Positions 11,831 through 25,084 of a stretch of 64,000 bases of DNA are shown in pieces. Origin of the DNA: Lama guanicoe. Taxonomy: Eukaryota. Each line of letters starts with the position of its first letter. The stretch's first letter is position 1. Location of the stretch: NCBI GenBank assembly GCA_013239625.1, contig MU054212.1, positions 4,622,270 to 4,686,269 on the forward strand, read 5' to 3'. The position numbers and the translations under genes are program-made. The notes beneath the pieces were generated by a model. That model ran no database searches. It was not told the DNA's origin and worked only from the letters and a program-made list of their open reading frames with translations.

Positions 11831-13492
11831 CTTTTCAAAATCTAAATTCCCAAAAGAGAAGTCATAAAGGTTGACAGATACCCTGTTCATACACACACAC
11901 ACGTGCAAACTAAAAAGGAGCAGAAACTGGAATTTGTATTACGGATTTAGTTTTAATTCTCATTTGTTCAAGATCATTTGACCTTGGCCCACTTTCCATC
12001 CAACAAATGTCTTTGAAATTTACCTATTTTTAAAAAACTTCATTTCAGGTTGTTGGGAAGACTGGGTAGCTGGTAGGGAATTTTTCAATCTGAGAGGCAA
12101 ATAATGATTCTATGCCAAAAATGTTCTATGGATTGAAGCTCATGAGAAGAAATAAAAGAAGGGCCTAGTCCTAGGAGGCAGAAGTACCAAAATCAGGTGA
12201 CAGTGCTGGAATGGAAGACAGTTTCAACAGGCATTAGTATTATTGAAAAATTAATTCAGGGAATTATTAAAATAACCTCTGATAAATGTACATTATGAGG
12301 TAAAAAGACATATTTACATCCCTAATATCAACATAGTCTTGAAGTGCTGGTAAGGAAAGTCCTTCTTTTTTTCTTGCCTCTGTGTTTCTTATGGAAAAAG
12401 TAACACGTGACTCTACTGTCTTAATTAAAACCAGATATGGTCCTTGTCACGGTCATGTTTAGTTTCATGTTATTCCTGGCTAAAAGCCCTAAAGCCATAT
12501 AATGTTCATATTTTTTAATTTGAGAGTCTCAACATCATTTCTTAAACATGGCTTTCTGTCATTTCTCTGCGGGGATTTCAACCACTGTCTTAATTATTGT
12601 TGTGGTATAATAAGATACAATGTCTAATCAATCTTCGCCGTTACTTCGCCTTAAACAATCCTCCCTTCGTATACAAAAAGGAAGAAATAATTGACCCAAT
12701 TTGCATAATGCTTTGATGTAGTCACGCTGAGCAACACGATTCACAGATAATCAACTTTGTTAAAGATAATGGTGTACCAATTTATAATACAGTGCTGTGT
12801 TACATTGTTTGAGGCAGGGAGAGGGAGGGAAGAAAAGCAGATGTTTCCAGGAAATTTAGAGTGGTTTAAGCAACAAAACGAAACAAGATAATAATTACTA
12901 AAGCAGCGTTAAAAAATAATTTTGAGTGGAAATATTTCTTCGAACTAAATGTAACACAGAGGTCCTCTATGGGAAGTCAGTAAAGTATCCTGGACCTGCG
13001 GTCTACCCTCAGGACCTTATTCGTTTTCAACAGCCTCTGAACCATCTCTAGGAGCCCCTAGTGCCGTGTGGAATGCTGTTTGAGAACAACTGAATTATTA
13101 TATAAAATTGATGTTACTGTGGCATAAAACCAGAAGTAGTTATAGCTTCTACTTAGGGAAAAAAAAAGGCTCGAAGAAGACTCTCAGGGAGAAACAGAGT
13201 TTGTGAATAGGGAATGAAATGGTGAAAACTGCCTGTCTCTTTCACAGACTATTATATGATCCTGGACAAGTATGTTAAGCTCCCTTAATCCCAGTTTTCA
13301 ATAGATGCAATTAAGAATATAACATCTACCTCATGGGGTGTTATGAGAGAAACTGAGTAAATGTATGTTAAAAACGCTTTGTTTAGAAAAAACAACAAAT
13401 GTGAGGCAAATTATCCTAAGTAATAGAAAAACAACTTGCTTAATGTGCTATTCCTGATCCTTACAGTCTGCCTCTAATATGATTTCCTGGGC

Positions 13493-13714
13493 TAGAGGTC
13501 AGCAAACTTTCCCTGTCAAGGAGCAGAGATTAAACAGTTTAGGTTTTGCTAGCCCTTTCATCTCTTAGTCACAGCTACTCAGCTCAGTTGTAGCACAAAA
13601 AAGCCATTTACAATACATAAGCAAGTGTGTGTGGCTATGTTTCAATAAAACTTTATTTACAAAAAACAGGCAGCTGGCCATATTTGCCCAGTGAACCATA
13701 GTTTGCAAACCCTG
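13493..13714. mobile_element. hAT-Charlie MITE, MER58A-like
   Basis: Terminal inverted repeats (TIRs) AGAGGTCAGCAAACT...AGTTTGCAAACCCTG; internal CAATAAAACTTTATTTACAAAAA..CAGGC. Confidence 0.88.
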
Positions 13715-13721
13715 GCACTAG

Positions 13722-14059
13722 ACATTTTCAACACAAAGTGTGGCCCATAGCCAACAGCAGCAGGATTTGCTGGGAGCAGGACAGGCTACATAAATTGTGA
13801 GGCCCTATGCAAAAGAAAAGTGCAGGCCCCCTCTTGTTCATAAATTCCTGAGAAAATTAAAATGCGGACAGACGAGCATTAAATCAAGCGTGAGGTCCTT
13901 GCGTGACAGTGCAGGTCCCACATCTGTGAATCTAGCCCAGCCCAGGAGCTGGTTAAAAATGCAGAACCTCAGCCTCTACCCCTGACCTACAAAATGATAA
14001 TTTGAATGTCAATAAGATCTCAAGACGATTCATATGTTTATATGTTTTGAGAAGCACAG
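13722..14059. mobile_element. MER5A-like hAT MITE, interrupted by MER45A
   Basis: CAAAGTGTGG..CAGCAGCA [insert] GGAGCTGGTTAAAAATGCAGAA..TTTGAGAAGCACAG. Confidence 0.8.
13777..13940 (-). mobile_element. hAT-Tip100 MITE, MER45A-like
   Basis: CAGGACAGGCTACATAA..TGCAAAA..GAGCATTAAATCAAGCG..GCCCAG; 8-bp TSD GCTGGGAG/CCCAGGAG. Confidence 0.85.
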
Positions 14060-14345
14060 TTAGACTAAAATGATTTTAAGACTGTATTTCTGGCTGGGAA
14101 CTCTCTAACAAGGTCTAAGTAATTCTGTCTCTGAGAAACCTACTTTGAAATTCATACAAAACTGCTCACAAAATAATTGAAAAATCAACATAGTCAACAA
14201 ATATTCTCCTGTATTCTCTAATCTCCCAATTAAATGACTAGCAATTTATCCTCAGTTTCTTCTGCTGCTCTCACTGGATCTAATTGGTCGCTGAGTGCTG
14301 ATCATTCCCTCTCAGAATTTTCTCTCTTGTTCTGCAGCGTCTCTC

Positions 14346-14594
14346 AGGAGAGTGCAATGGTTAAGAATGTTGATTCTGGAGCTGGACTGCCTGAGTCTGT
14401 ATGCTGGCTCCATCTCTTACCAGCTGTCTGGTTTTAGGCATGTTATTTAATTACTCCATTTCAGTTCCCTCTCCTTTTAAACGGAGGGGATAATAATTCA
14501 AAGCATCATTGTGAGGATTAAATGTTTTTATATGTAAACACTTAATTAGCGTCTGACACATAGTGAACACTTACAAGTATTTGATAACATTATG
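14346..14594 (+). mobile_element. Near full-length MIR SINE
   Basis: ATGGTTAAGA..TCTGGAGC..GACTGCCTG head, MIR core, TTGTGAGGATTAAATG, GACACATAGT tail. Confidence 0.85.
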
Positions 14595-14904
14595 ATCTAT
14601 TAATTCCCATCACCTTTGTAATTCTTCTGGCTTTCATAATCAGTTTCCTGAGCTCTCGCAACATTAACTGTTCTCAGTGCCATGTGATAATTAGGATTAA
14701 ATGCACAGAGTTTGGGAAGCAAAGTTTGCCATGCTGCTGCAGTACAGAAATAATAAGCAACGTTTTTTTGAGCATAACATAAGGGGAGCCATGTAATGGT
14801 CCAAGGATGAAGTCAACATGTAGGGATCAAGCCCAAGAAATCAAATGTAATCAATTCAGTTGAGTCCAAGCAGGCCTTGAGATTCAAGGTGAGTAAGGGC
14901 TAGA

Positions 14905-15143
14905 ACAGGACATGAAAATCACAGCCATTTGGCCACACTGAGCCTACTGCCTGTTTGTATAAATAAAGTTTTAATGGAACATGGTCACGCCCATTCTTTT
15001 TCTTATTGTCAACGGCTGCTTTTGCACCACAATCGTAGAGTTGCGTAGTTCTGACAGAGACCATATGGCCCACAAAACCTAAAATAGACTATCTGGACCT
15101 TTACAGAGACAGTAAAAACAAAATAAAATAAAATACTGACTCT
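14905..15143. mobile_element. Second MER58A-like MITE, opposite orientation to the 13493 copy
   Basis: TGCCTGTTTGTATAAATAAAGTTTTAATGGAACA..GACAGAGACCATATGGCCCACAAAACCTAAAATA. Confidence 0.82.
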
Positions 15144-16879
15144 GGAGTATTACATAATGCAAGGCAGAATTAGGGGGGTTTTCAGACAGAACTTGATCAT
15201 CGAAAGAATCTTTCAAAATCAGACTGAGAAGAATAAAGTTGGAAAGAAATCTGACTCATCTGGCTGGGAATCAGGCCCCAGAGTGTGAGTAGGCACTGAG
15301 CCAGAAACAGAATATTCAAAGAGTTTACTGTTTATCTTCATTGGTAATCATTCGAGAACTCAATCCTCTTTACAAAGGGAGATAAAACTACTTTGAAAAC
15401 AAAATTTTTAGTGTTTTGATCAGTCTGAGTAGATTCTGTTAATTCTGGGGAGATACAGAGAAGTTGGCAGAAATCTCAGTGCTTAATCCAATGATTGGGA
15501 TACCACAATTATCATCCTAAAAAATCCAATCATGTAAAGTTATTTTGATACCACCATACTGTAACATAAATTCTTCTTTGGAAAGTCATATAAACTCAGC
15601 ATTCCAGAGGCACCACTGCATCCTTGGCTTTGGCTGTGAAAGTATCTAGCTCTGAATCCAGCTTTTGCAGATGTTTTTGCTATAACCTGAAAACCCTTCC
15701 TTTGCCCTTCTCCATATAGCAGATTACAATTCATCCTATAAAAAGTCAGCTCAAATACCATCTGTTCTGGAAATCCTTTCACTAGTCTTGCAGGCGTAAT
15801 TAGTTATTCCCCTCACTGTAAGTGGAGAAGATCATGTTCTAACCCAGGGGGTTAGTGGACACCTGAAGCAGAAACCCAACACAGCAGCAGGGTTGTGTCT
15901 AGGAGTGATGTCTGCCACATGTAGCAAGCCAGAGTAGCAGAGACTCCTCCCAGCACTGGTAGGAACAAAAAGCAAAAACGCACCACTCCTGGGCTTCATC
16001 CCAAGAGTAACACCATAACAGGACAAGCTTGTATGGTAGCTGCTCTTCCCTCAGTGGAAGTGTTCAACAGGCAAGCACTTTCCAGCGTGTGTTAACAGAT
16101 AAAGCCACCTGGCAGTCTCTGCAGTGGTGCTGTAAATGACTAGATAGCGCCCTCTCAGAAAAATACAGAGAAACACCACTCTGTGAAATAGACATTTTAG
16201 TAAGAAAGAGGACAGTAAAAGAAATAAATTTGAGGAGCTTTTCTAACACAACAAAGTATATAGAAGAGGTTCAAAGGTTTCTGTCCTCCGTGGGCACCCT
16301 TAAGGCCATCACTCCATTCTTGTGAATGGTGATTCCTTGATTCAGATCAAGGGCAAACTACTGGGCCATGGCCCTGGATGATGTAATCTCCACTGGAAAA
16401 TACAAAATGGTGATTTTTTTTTTCTCACGTGGAGAATCTTTATGTCATCATCTCTTGACTCTGTTTTGCTCCACCTCCTTAGCTGACTTTGCCTTACTTT
16501 CTCTTTGATCTTATTCAGTTGTGTCATAACAGGAAGCGGTGTCTTACTTTTCACATTGGGAAGAGGTTTCTATTTGTTTGGAAAAAAATTGTCTCCTATA
16601 CCTCCAACCCCTTTCTCCATGTGCTAAAGCCAAAATAAACCCAAGATGGAGACCCAAGAAACAATGAACAGGAAAGAGAGAACTTAATTTTTTTTTCCTA
16701 TTAAGTATAAAAGGACTTCTCACACACAAAAAAATCATGAATAACAGGACATTTTTCCAGCTGGGAGATGACAGATCTGAGTTCAAATAAGCAAGACTCA
16801 TTTACTCAGAGTCTCTTCTAGCTATGAATTTATGAGCCTGAAGCAGCACTTAATATTTGATGGAAAATTAGGGTTCATA

Positions 16880-17820
16880 TATGTCAACACTGGACTTGGC
16901 TCTCACTATGGCTAACAGAGTGCTGGATAATACAATAGACAAGACTGACACAAAGAATATACCTATGAAACTATATAGGTCACATCTCTGAATTTCCGGT
17001 ACAACTAGTTATTACAAAAAATTATCAAACAACATAACTACTGAAAAAATTTTAAACATTTTTCTACATAAATGGACCAGAAAGGAAATCAAAATAAAAT
17101 TACATATGCCTTGGAAAGAAGAAACACATTTTAAATTTGTCTGAAATTATAATAACTGCAAATCCATAGCTTTACAGACATACACTAGTGTTTGTACATC
17201 CATATACACATGCATGCAAACATACATATGAGAATGAATGAATGAATAAAACATTCAACTCAAAAAGTCAGAGAAAAACCTGCAAAATAAAATAAATGAA
17301 GTAGCTTGAAGGGCATAAATATCATTGTAAGAACAGCTAACATTTTTGAAAATTTAGTAGGGTTGATGGTGGAGGGATATTCTATAAGTCTAACCAAGTA
17401 AAAGATAAAGAAGTTAATCAAGAAACAACAAATGAGATATGACTACATATGCAGAAGCAGATGATACACTAGATGAAAATCAGCTGCACCATGTGTAGTA
17501 AAACACATTTAAATATATCAAAGAAATGGAAAACTTTATGTGTTTGCATCCAATTAAACAAATCCAGGAAGGAGAAAGTACATACAAACTAGTAAATATG
17601 GAACAAAAAGGAAATTTTATCAGAGAAATGCCTCCACAAAAGCCATTGTGTGCAATGGTTTTACAAGTGATTTCTTAAAAATTACCCCATAATAGGTAAT
17701 TTCTCTTCCAGGGAACTAACCTAAGGAAAAGAGATATCTCTAAGAGATATAGACAATTAGGCACATGGCATCCATTGAGGTGTCATTTATTACAGATAAC
17801 TTGGAAATCTTATTGTATAT
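16880..17820 (+). mobile_element. Very old L1M ORF2-region remnants
   Basis: A-rich sequence with decayed ORF2 motifs (CATTCAACTCAAAAAGTCAGA; ATGGTTTTACAAGTGATTTCT, cf. DGFTGEF). Confidence 0.5.
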
Positions 17821-17849
17821 TACAGATCAAAACCAAATAAGGGCCAGGG

Positions 17850-18803
17850 ATCAGCCTTAACTCTTTCTCTCATACCTGACATACAATCTACCAGGAAATC
17901 ATATTGGCTCTACCTTCAAAATACATCCCAAATAATCAAAATTTATACATCTTACGACTTAAACCACTACCACTCTGCTCTGAGCCAACATCTTCTCTGG
18001 CTTGAACCCTGCAGTAGCCTCTAACTGGTCTCCCTGCGTGCACTTTTGTTTCCTCCACCCCAGATAGTCTCTATAGAGCAAGCAGGGATATCCTGTTAAA
18101 ATACATATCGAAGCATAACATTCTATGATCAAAATAATTCACTTAATTCTCCATAAATTCAAAGTAAAATTAAAAAAAGCCACTATGGCTTATAAGACCT
18201 GGGTCCCTGCTGCCTCTTTTATCTGATCCCTCCTGATCTCCTCTTCACACACTGGGTTCCTCCAGCCATCCTGACTTCTTCGTGTCTCTTGAGATGCCCA
18301 GCCCCTAACTCAGGACCGTACTTTGCAATTGCTGTTCCATCTGCCTGGAATTCTCTTCCCTTAAATAAGCAGATGGCTTTACCCCTCACTTCATTACACC
18401 CTCTCATCAAATATTATCACCTCATTGAGAATGTATGTGTGTATGTGCACGTCTGGGACATTGTGCTGTGCACCAAAAATTGACAAAGTGTAACTGACTG
18501 TACTTCAATAAAACAAAGAAAAAGAAAAAGAAAAACAAAAAATATTATCACCTCATTAAAAAAGCATCCCTGACCAATCTTTCTAAAATACAGAATTATC
18601 TATCATTTTCTATCATTTTATCTCATTTTTTTCCTCATAGTGTTTATGTTAGATTATATGTTTATTGCATTATTATCTGTTTCCTCCCACTAGAAAACAA
18701 ATTCATGAGAGCAGGGATTTTTTTTGCCCTGGTACCCAGGTCACAGAGGAACATAGAATATAAGAGGAACTCAATAAATACTTTTAATTAAAGAATGGAT
18801 GAA
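17850..18803 (+). mobile_element. L2a 3' region, interrupted by a young L1 end
   Basis: GGCTCTACCTTCAAAATACATCC, GCCTCTAACTGGTCTCCCTGC, TTGCTGTTCCATCTGCCTGGAA, CTCAATAAATA..GAATGGATGAA. Confidence 0.88.
18427..18539 (+). mobile_element. Severely 5'-truncated young L1 3' end
   Basis: AATAAA at 18507-18512, A-rich tail, perfect 18-bp TSD AAATATTATCACCTCATT (18409-18426 / 18540-18557). Confidence 0.9.
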
Positions 18804-19544
18804 ATTAATAAAAGAGAAAATTGAAGTAAACTGTAATTTACCCATATGACTGCATTTTATTTAGTCATTAATATGGAAATTAAGAGCAGGGAGTACTTAA
18901 TATTTGAATTTAAAGATGAAATTCAATCTACAAATTTGCACTCAGAATATTGTGTCAACAGTCTACAAATTACACATGCATAGAAAAAAGTAAAGGGAAT
19001 AAACCAAAAACCCCTATTAAGTCTTTCTCAGAACTTAATAGTTCTTGTTGTCTTATCACTTATATTATCTTTCATCTTTAAATTTTCAGTGCGTTTTTTT
19101 AAATTAGAAAAATAGTTTAAAAATTGACCACCTACTGTATGCATCTCACTAGGCTGGGGCTGGTTGATATGAAGTTATTAGGTGTTCTAATGTTAACTGG
19201 GATAATACATGAATAAACCAATAATTATAATCTCAGTAAAACATATGATCAAGGTCACATGAGCAATGGGTGTGCTCCTTACCTTCTTAAAGCCTTGTTT
19301 TTCTCACTTGTAAAATAGAGATAAGAATCTTCCTCATAATTCTATATATAGTAATATTCTTTGGGTTAATGTGAATAAAAGACTTAATAGAACAAATCAC
19401 TAACAGTAAACATAATTAGTCATTTTTATTGTTATTCTTATCAGTACAATATAGAAGAAGTGATTATCCTTTGAGTAACATCAAAGAAGACATCATAAAG
19501 TGTGGGCATTGGATTGAGCTTAAAAAGTAATAGCATTTGACAGT

Positions 19545-19942
19545 ATAGCCAATAGTATGGGCTAAAATATGGTAACAAAAATTCCTCCAAATCTTAGTGG
19601 GTCAAGATTACAAAACTTAGTATCTTATACATCTTGTGTTTCCAATGCAGGTCAACAAAGGGGAGGGACTGTCCCTGGTCATAATCCCTCAGGGACCTGC
19701 ACGAAAAGCTTTATCTTGACCTGCCCTTGACCTGTGCAGCAGCAGTAGTGGTATATATTGAATCACTGTCTTCTCTGAAATTTCCTGGGCAGAAGTGATG
19801 CATTTTACTTTCATTCACATTTCAGTAGCCAAATAAAGCTCCATGGCTAACTCTTAACTTTACGCTGACGGCAAGCAATTCTATCCTGTGCATGAAAGTT
19901 AAAGAGCGGGAAATACCTGGTGAAAGCACTAATGATCACACA
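19545..19942 (-). mobile_element. Old MaLR LTR (MLT1K/L-like)
   Basis: GTAACAAA..CCAAATCTTAGTGG, GAAGTGATGCA..ACTTTCATTCACATTTCA..GCCA, AGCACTAATGA..CACA. Confidence 0.7.
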
Positions 19943-21249
19943 GATAGACGAACAAGGGGAGTCGGTGGGTTTGTTTCATCGCTGGGATAATTTGTACAAT
20001 GATATAGTGTTAGGCCCTGACTTTTGCCTCTGACTCTGGACAAAAACGAGACGAGAGTGTATCATCTCCAGCAATATGGCAGAACAGACACTCCCAAACA
20101 TCCTACTCCAAAAAAATGACAGAAGATGTTAAATATAATTTTTAAAAGAATAGTTTAAAATTCATGTCTGAGCTAGCAATAAAATCAGAGTAATCCTTAG
20201 AGGCAGAAAGCAAATAGAAAGCATAAATCCACAGTAATAAGTGAAATAAAGTCCATGGCTTCCCTGGGAAAAGTTGTAGATTCCTTAATATAGAGCTTTG
20301 ATTTTAATAACATATGTGTGCCCAGAGCCCACACAAAGTGAAAGATCAAATCAGGGATCACTCTTAAAGCTGGGATTCAAGCAGTGAAAAGAGTGAACTT
20401 GAAAAAATGAGTAAAACAGAAGAGCAGTTATTTGCAAGGACAGAATGTTCAAAGCCCGTCTATCTTAGTTTTGGATTTCAGAATTTGTAACCGCAAGTTG
20501 GTGCTCGTGCGGTTGTGAGGTCCAAATTCACATTACCTATGTGTTCTGACAAACTCAGGAGAAAGAGTCAAGTTCAAGTTTAAAGTATCCCATGAAGTGA
20601 TTATGTGTTGCCACTGTTCCAGTCTTGGTCACAAGGATTTCCCACATATAAAGCTGTTTTCAAATATAAATTCCTAGTAATATTTTTCTGAAGTTATTTT
20701 GTCTGCTAAATGTTTCGTTTTTCATTTTCCATTTTTAGGTTGTTTTCTTTATATTATTGTGTTAAGAAACCTGTAGTTTTATTACTCATTTTCATATTTG
20801 AATATCCTGAATTTTTCCTAACTAGCTATTAATATAAAATTCCAATGGGGATAGTTGTTTAGTTGACTTTTTCAGTTTCTTAAATTCTTTCTTGAAATGA
20901 AAAGAAATTAAAACTACAATGAAAAGCAGTTTTTGAAATGTAAATCCCTCATATATAGAATATAGAGAGTGACTTCCACTTCCCTGACCAAATTTGGATA
21001 GAACAACTTTGAAAACTATTTTGCAGTATTCAGTACAAGCAAAGATAAACATACCTATGACAGTGTAATTCTGTATCTATGTAGACAGCCACTGAAATAT
21101 ATGCTAATTTGCACCAGGACACATGTACAAGATGGTCCATAACAGCAATGTTGATAATGGCCAAAATATAAGGACAAACAAACCATGAGATAGTCTTGCT
21201 ATGAAATACTATTTCGTAATGAATAAAACAGTGAAAAGCAATAAGAAGT

Positions 21250-22660
21250 ACATGAGCCTGGAGTTCAGAGAAGTCTAGCCTTGGGTAAAAATTAGGGGGT
21301 CTTTAGTGTATAGACACAATATAAAGCATTGATGAGATATGCAAAAATATCTAGATGAGATACGCAAAATGTGTGTTCAAGGAATGGTTTCTGTTGGGTT
21401 GAATTATGTCACCTCAAAAATTTTACATGTTGATGTATGTCAGAATGTGATCTTATTTGGAAAAGGGTCAGAGCAGATGTAATTAATTAAGATGAGGTCA
21501 TACTAGAGTAGGGTGGGTCTTGAATCCAACATGAACTATGTTATTACAAAAAGGAGACATTTGGACATAAACATGACACAGAAAAAATGTTATGGGAAGA
21601 CGAAAGCAGAGATAAGGTGATACACCTACAAACCAAGGGGATGCCGAATTGCCAGCAAACCACCATGTAGGACAGAGACATGGGGCAGATTCTCCTTCAT
21701 AGGCCTTGGAAGGAACTAACCCACTGGCAACTTGATCTCAGACTTCTAGCCTCCAGAACTGTCAGAAAATAATTTTGTTATTAAAGCCACCCAGTTTCTG
21801 GTGCTTTGTTACAGCTGTCCTAGTAAATTAATACATGGTCCAAGGCCAAGCCCTAATCTGAAGAGGCTGAAAAAAATAAGAAGGAATCAAAAAAAGAGGT
21901 CAGTGTGATAGAATGAAAACCTACAGAAGATGAGTTCCTGGAATCCAAATGATGAGTTTTGGAAGGAAGGACTTGGTCAAGCGAATGAAAGTTGTATGGG
22001 AATCGATAATCCTTGGATTTAACAAATTTAAAGCATCAGTGAAATTGCAAGACGTGTTTTGATGGCGTGGCTGAAGGCAAACACTCCTTGAAGGACCATT
22101 AAGATAGAATAAGAAGAGAGAAGTGGAAGATAGCTAGCACTGCCAGTCCACGAGGAGTTTATAGGGGAGCAGAGAGATGGTGCGGTAACTGCAAGTTGAG
22201 TTGGGATTGGAAATGTGTTCTTAACATGCAAGAAAAAAGAGCATGTTTGTATACTCATATGAATGATCCAATAGAGAAGGATAAATTGTAATTTTAGAGA
22301 ATTACTGGACTCCATCATTGAAAGGACCAAAAGAGGTAGTATCTAGCACTGAAATTGGGGAGGCCATGCTTGGGAATATGGATAATCCATTCATAAAAGT
22401 ATTGGGCCAGCAGAAAGCAGGCATTCAAAGCATATAGGAGTGTAGATATGGTGGGAGTTGGCAGAAATTATTTTCAGATTAAAAAAAAACTTAAGTTAAA
22501 TAGGATCTAAGCTTTCTAGAATGTATGAGATGGTATCAAAACTTTAAGAAAGAAAGAAAGGTGTGAGAAACCAATGAAGAGAGTAAATTAGAGAAACGTA
22601 AAATGAAATCTTGGTAACATTAAGGGCCCCATTGAGATTAGTGGTTATGAATGTATTGTG
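21250..22660 (-). mobile_element. L2 remnant hosting the MLT1 LTR
   Basis: GAGCCTGGAGTTCAGAGAAG and other purine-rich antisense L2 motifs on both sides of the LTR. Confidence 0.6.
21390..21835 (+). mobile_element. MaLR solo LTR, MLT1B/C-like, inserted in L2
   Basis: GGGTTGAATTATGTC start, TAAGATGAGGTCATACT, AGACTTCTAGCCTCCAGAACTGT, ends TAATACA; 5-bp TSD TGGTT/TGGTC. Confidence 0.9.
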
Positions 22661-23557
22661 AGGGCATTTAGGATAATTATTAGTTTCCTACCAGCTATAA
22701 TCAGCTGGTTTACTCAGCTGGCCTTTCCATGAGGGCCAGGTGGAGGGAATAAGAGACCAGAGTGGCAGTCACTGGCATTTTGTAGTGGCCGTGGTAAGAT
22801 GTGAACAGCTGGGAAACCAATTTAGAATACATTTTCAGAAACCTCCTATTTGCCAGCAGTGGTATTAATAGAATTCCTTTAATAAGAGTCTTCCCAGAAA
22901 AAATGCTAAATAAATCTTCTTCATTTTTCTTTTAATTATGGCAGATTTATCGTGAAGAAATCACCACATAATAAGGCACATCTGTTTAAATAATGATTAA
23001 AATGTTAGAAAGAGCTTATAAACTCACATTATAGTAGTAACAAAAACAGTAACTATCAATCGTACTGCAAATTACGTTAACAATGTGTTTTGCACATGTA
23101 TTATTTCATTTATTTCTTACACCTTTTATGAGGTATTATATCTGCATGTTACTTACAAGAAAACTGAATTTCAAAAAAAATTATTTTGAATGATTTGAGA
23201 CAATCTCTGCATATCTCTTAATTGTTGCCTGGCTGTTAAAATTTTAGGGTTTTTAGCAGTTGCTCAAAAACAGTTTGTTTCTTGCTTGATTACTTGCCTT
23301 AGTAGCATTTCATTTAATCCCAGAAATGAGGAGTTAGTAAATTATATATATATATCTAAAGGAGAGAAAAAAGTTGTCTGCAGACATCTTCCTTGAGGGA
23401 ATGATCATAAAGAATAACGAAAACGTGTATTACATGACGCACTTGAGGGGATTAGGTCAAAATCAAATACCACGATTGTAAAGCCAAACTATACTTTTTT
23501 TTCCTTCTTCGCTAAAATTGATCAGAGTTCACTTTTCACATCCATATTACTATATTA

Positions 23558-23930
23558 TGTAAGTCAGAGTTTAGTCAGGAACCTAGATATTTTGGTAGAC
23601 AGGATTTAATACAGGGAATTCGATTCTTGCAAAACCATTGGAACGTCTGGGTGAGCGAAGGTCAGAAAGAACCACTGCTGGCTTCAGGGAAAGCAGAAAA
23701 GTGCAAACTGTGTATGAACTCTGCTGTCTGCTGAACTGAGGAAAATGATTTGAAGACAGTCAGGATGCCTCTGAGGTTACACCTACTGCCTGGTTTCATA
23801 CATAGCAGCCACGACTGGAAGCGAAAAACGGCTTCTGCTTTCTACCTACTTAATTTCACTCAAATGCCAATTTATTTGGTATCTGTTCACAGAATCCCAA
23901 GAAGCTCAACAAATTGTGTCTCTTTTTCAG
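23558..23930 (-). mobile_element. Ancient LTR (LTR78/LTR79-like)
   Basis: TGTAAGTCAGAGTTTAGTCAGGA terminus and ATTTAATACAGGGAATT (ATTAAA on the minus strand). Confidence 0.5.
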
Positions 23931-25084
23931 TGGTATGGGGAGTAAAGTACAGTAATTTGTCTTTCATTTTGGAAGGAAACCTTAATAAGCCTTAGAAGCC
24001 TGAAAACCTTTATCCAGGTGGCATGTGTCTGAATTATGAATTCTTATGAGGACAAGCATGTTTCTAACCAAGTCAAATAGAGTATTTGTTATTTCTCCTC
24101 CCCACTTTGATATGGTGGACCAGAGACATGTTCTATTTATCAACATTGCTGCATTTTATTTTGTTTCTTCCTCTCTGGTATACATTGTCAAAATCCATTC
24201 CTACACACACTCTCCAATTTTCTTTTGACGTAAGTTGACAAAACAATTATAATTATTTTGGTAATTCCAGGGTAAGCTGGAAGGAAACTATTTCTTTAAT
24301 CTGGGATTTTACTTATAAGCCTGTAGGCACGAAAATTGGGTAGGAATAGGCCTTGAAGAGAATTAGCAACTCTTTGAAATAAGATAATTGCCTCATTTTA
24401 GGGTATTCCAACAGGAGGACACTCATCTCAGACAGATGAGGGGATGGTTCTGCTTGCAGAGAAGGAGACACAGTGAAATTCTGAGGTTCGAAATATTCAC
24501 AATCACAAGAATTTACTAATTATAATCACTCTAAATTATTATGTCATATTTTCCCCCTTATTCAATGCTTCAGATTTCATATTAAAAGCCCTACAGAGTC
24601 TGTGAATGACTCTGAATATCCACTAACTAATTTTTGACCCTGAATGGTTTACTTTGGTCTTATTTTTAACATTGACCCTGAGGTTCTAGGGGATTAGAGA
24701 TTTTTAAAAATCTCTTTGATTTTTTTCAGTCTTGGTTTTTTTGGTCTTGCCTTAAGCCAAAAATGTAAAGCCCTGAACTTGTAATTTTTTGGCTACGCTA
24801 ACTACACAGCCAGAAGTAGCCATGCCACATTACTTACAGCCTTATTTCCTCTATTAAGTTCTACTGCAGTAATCATCGTGGTCTCCCAAAGCCATACTTT
24901 GAAGAAACATCTCTTTTCAGGCAACTACAGGCATGCTGGAGTCTACCAGTATTTCATTTATTTTAGCAATTGTGTCATTATTGTTTTCAGATAAGACTGG
25001 GTCAGATAACCAATTCTAGTTTCCCAGTTCTGAGCCATTTATTTTTATAAAATTCTGCATCAGTCAAGGGTTTGACAAGAGAAA

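Noticed and set aside
13493..15143. Inverted MER58A pair as a dsRNA or editing substrate
   Set aside because: The copies are ancient and heavily diverged, so long duplex formation is unlikely
21331..21370. Short direct repeat GATGAGATA(T/C)GCAAAA as a CRISPR-like or functional array
   Set aside because: Only two units; an ordinary local tandem duplication within L2
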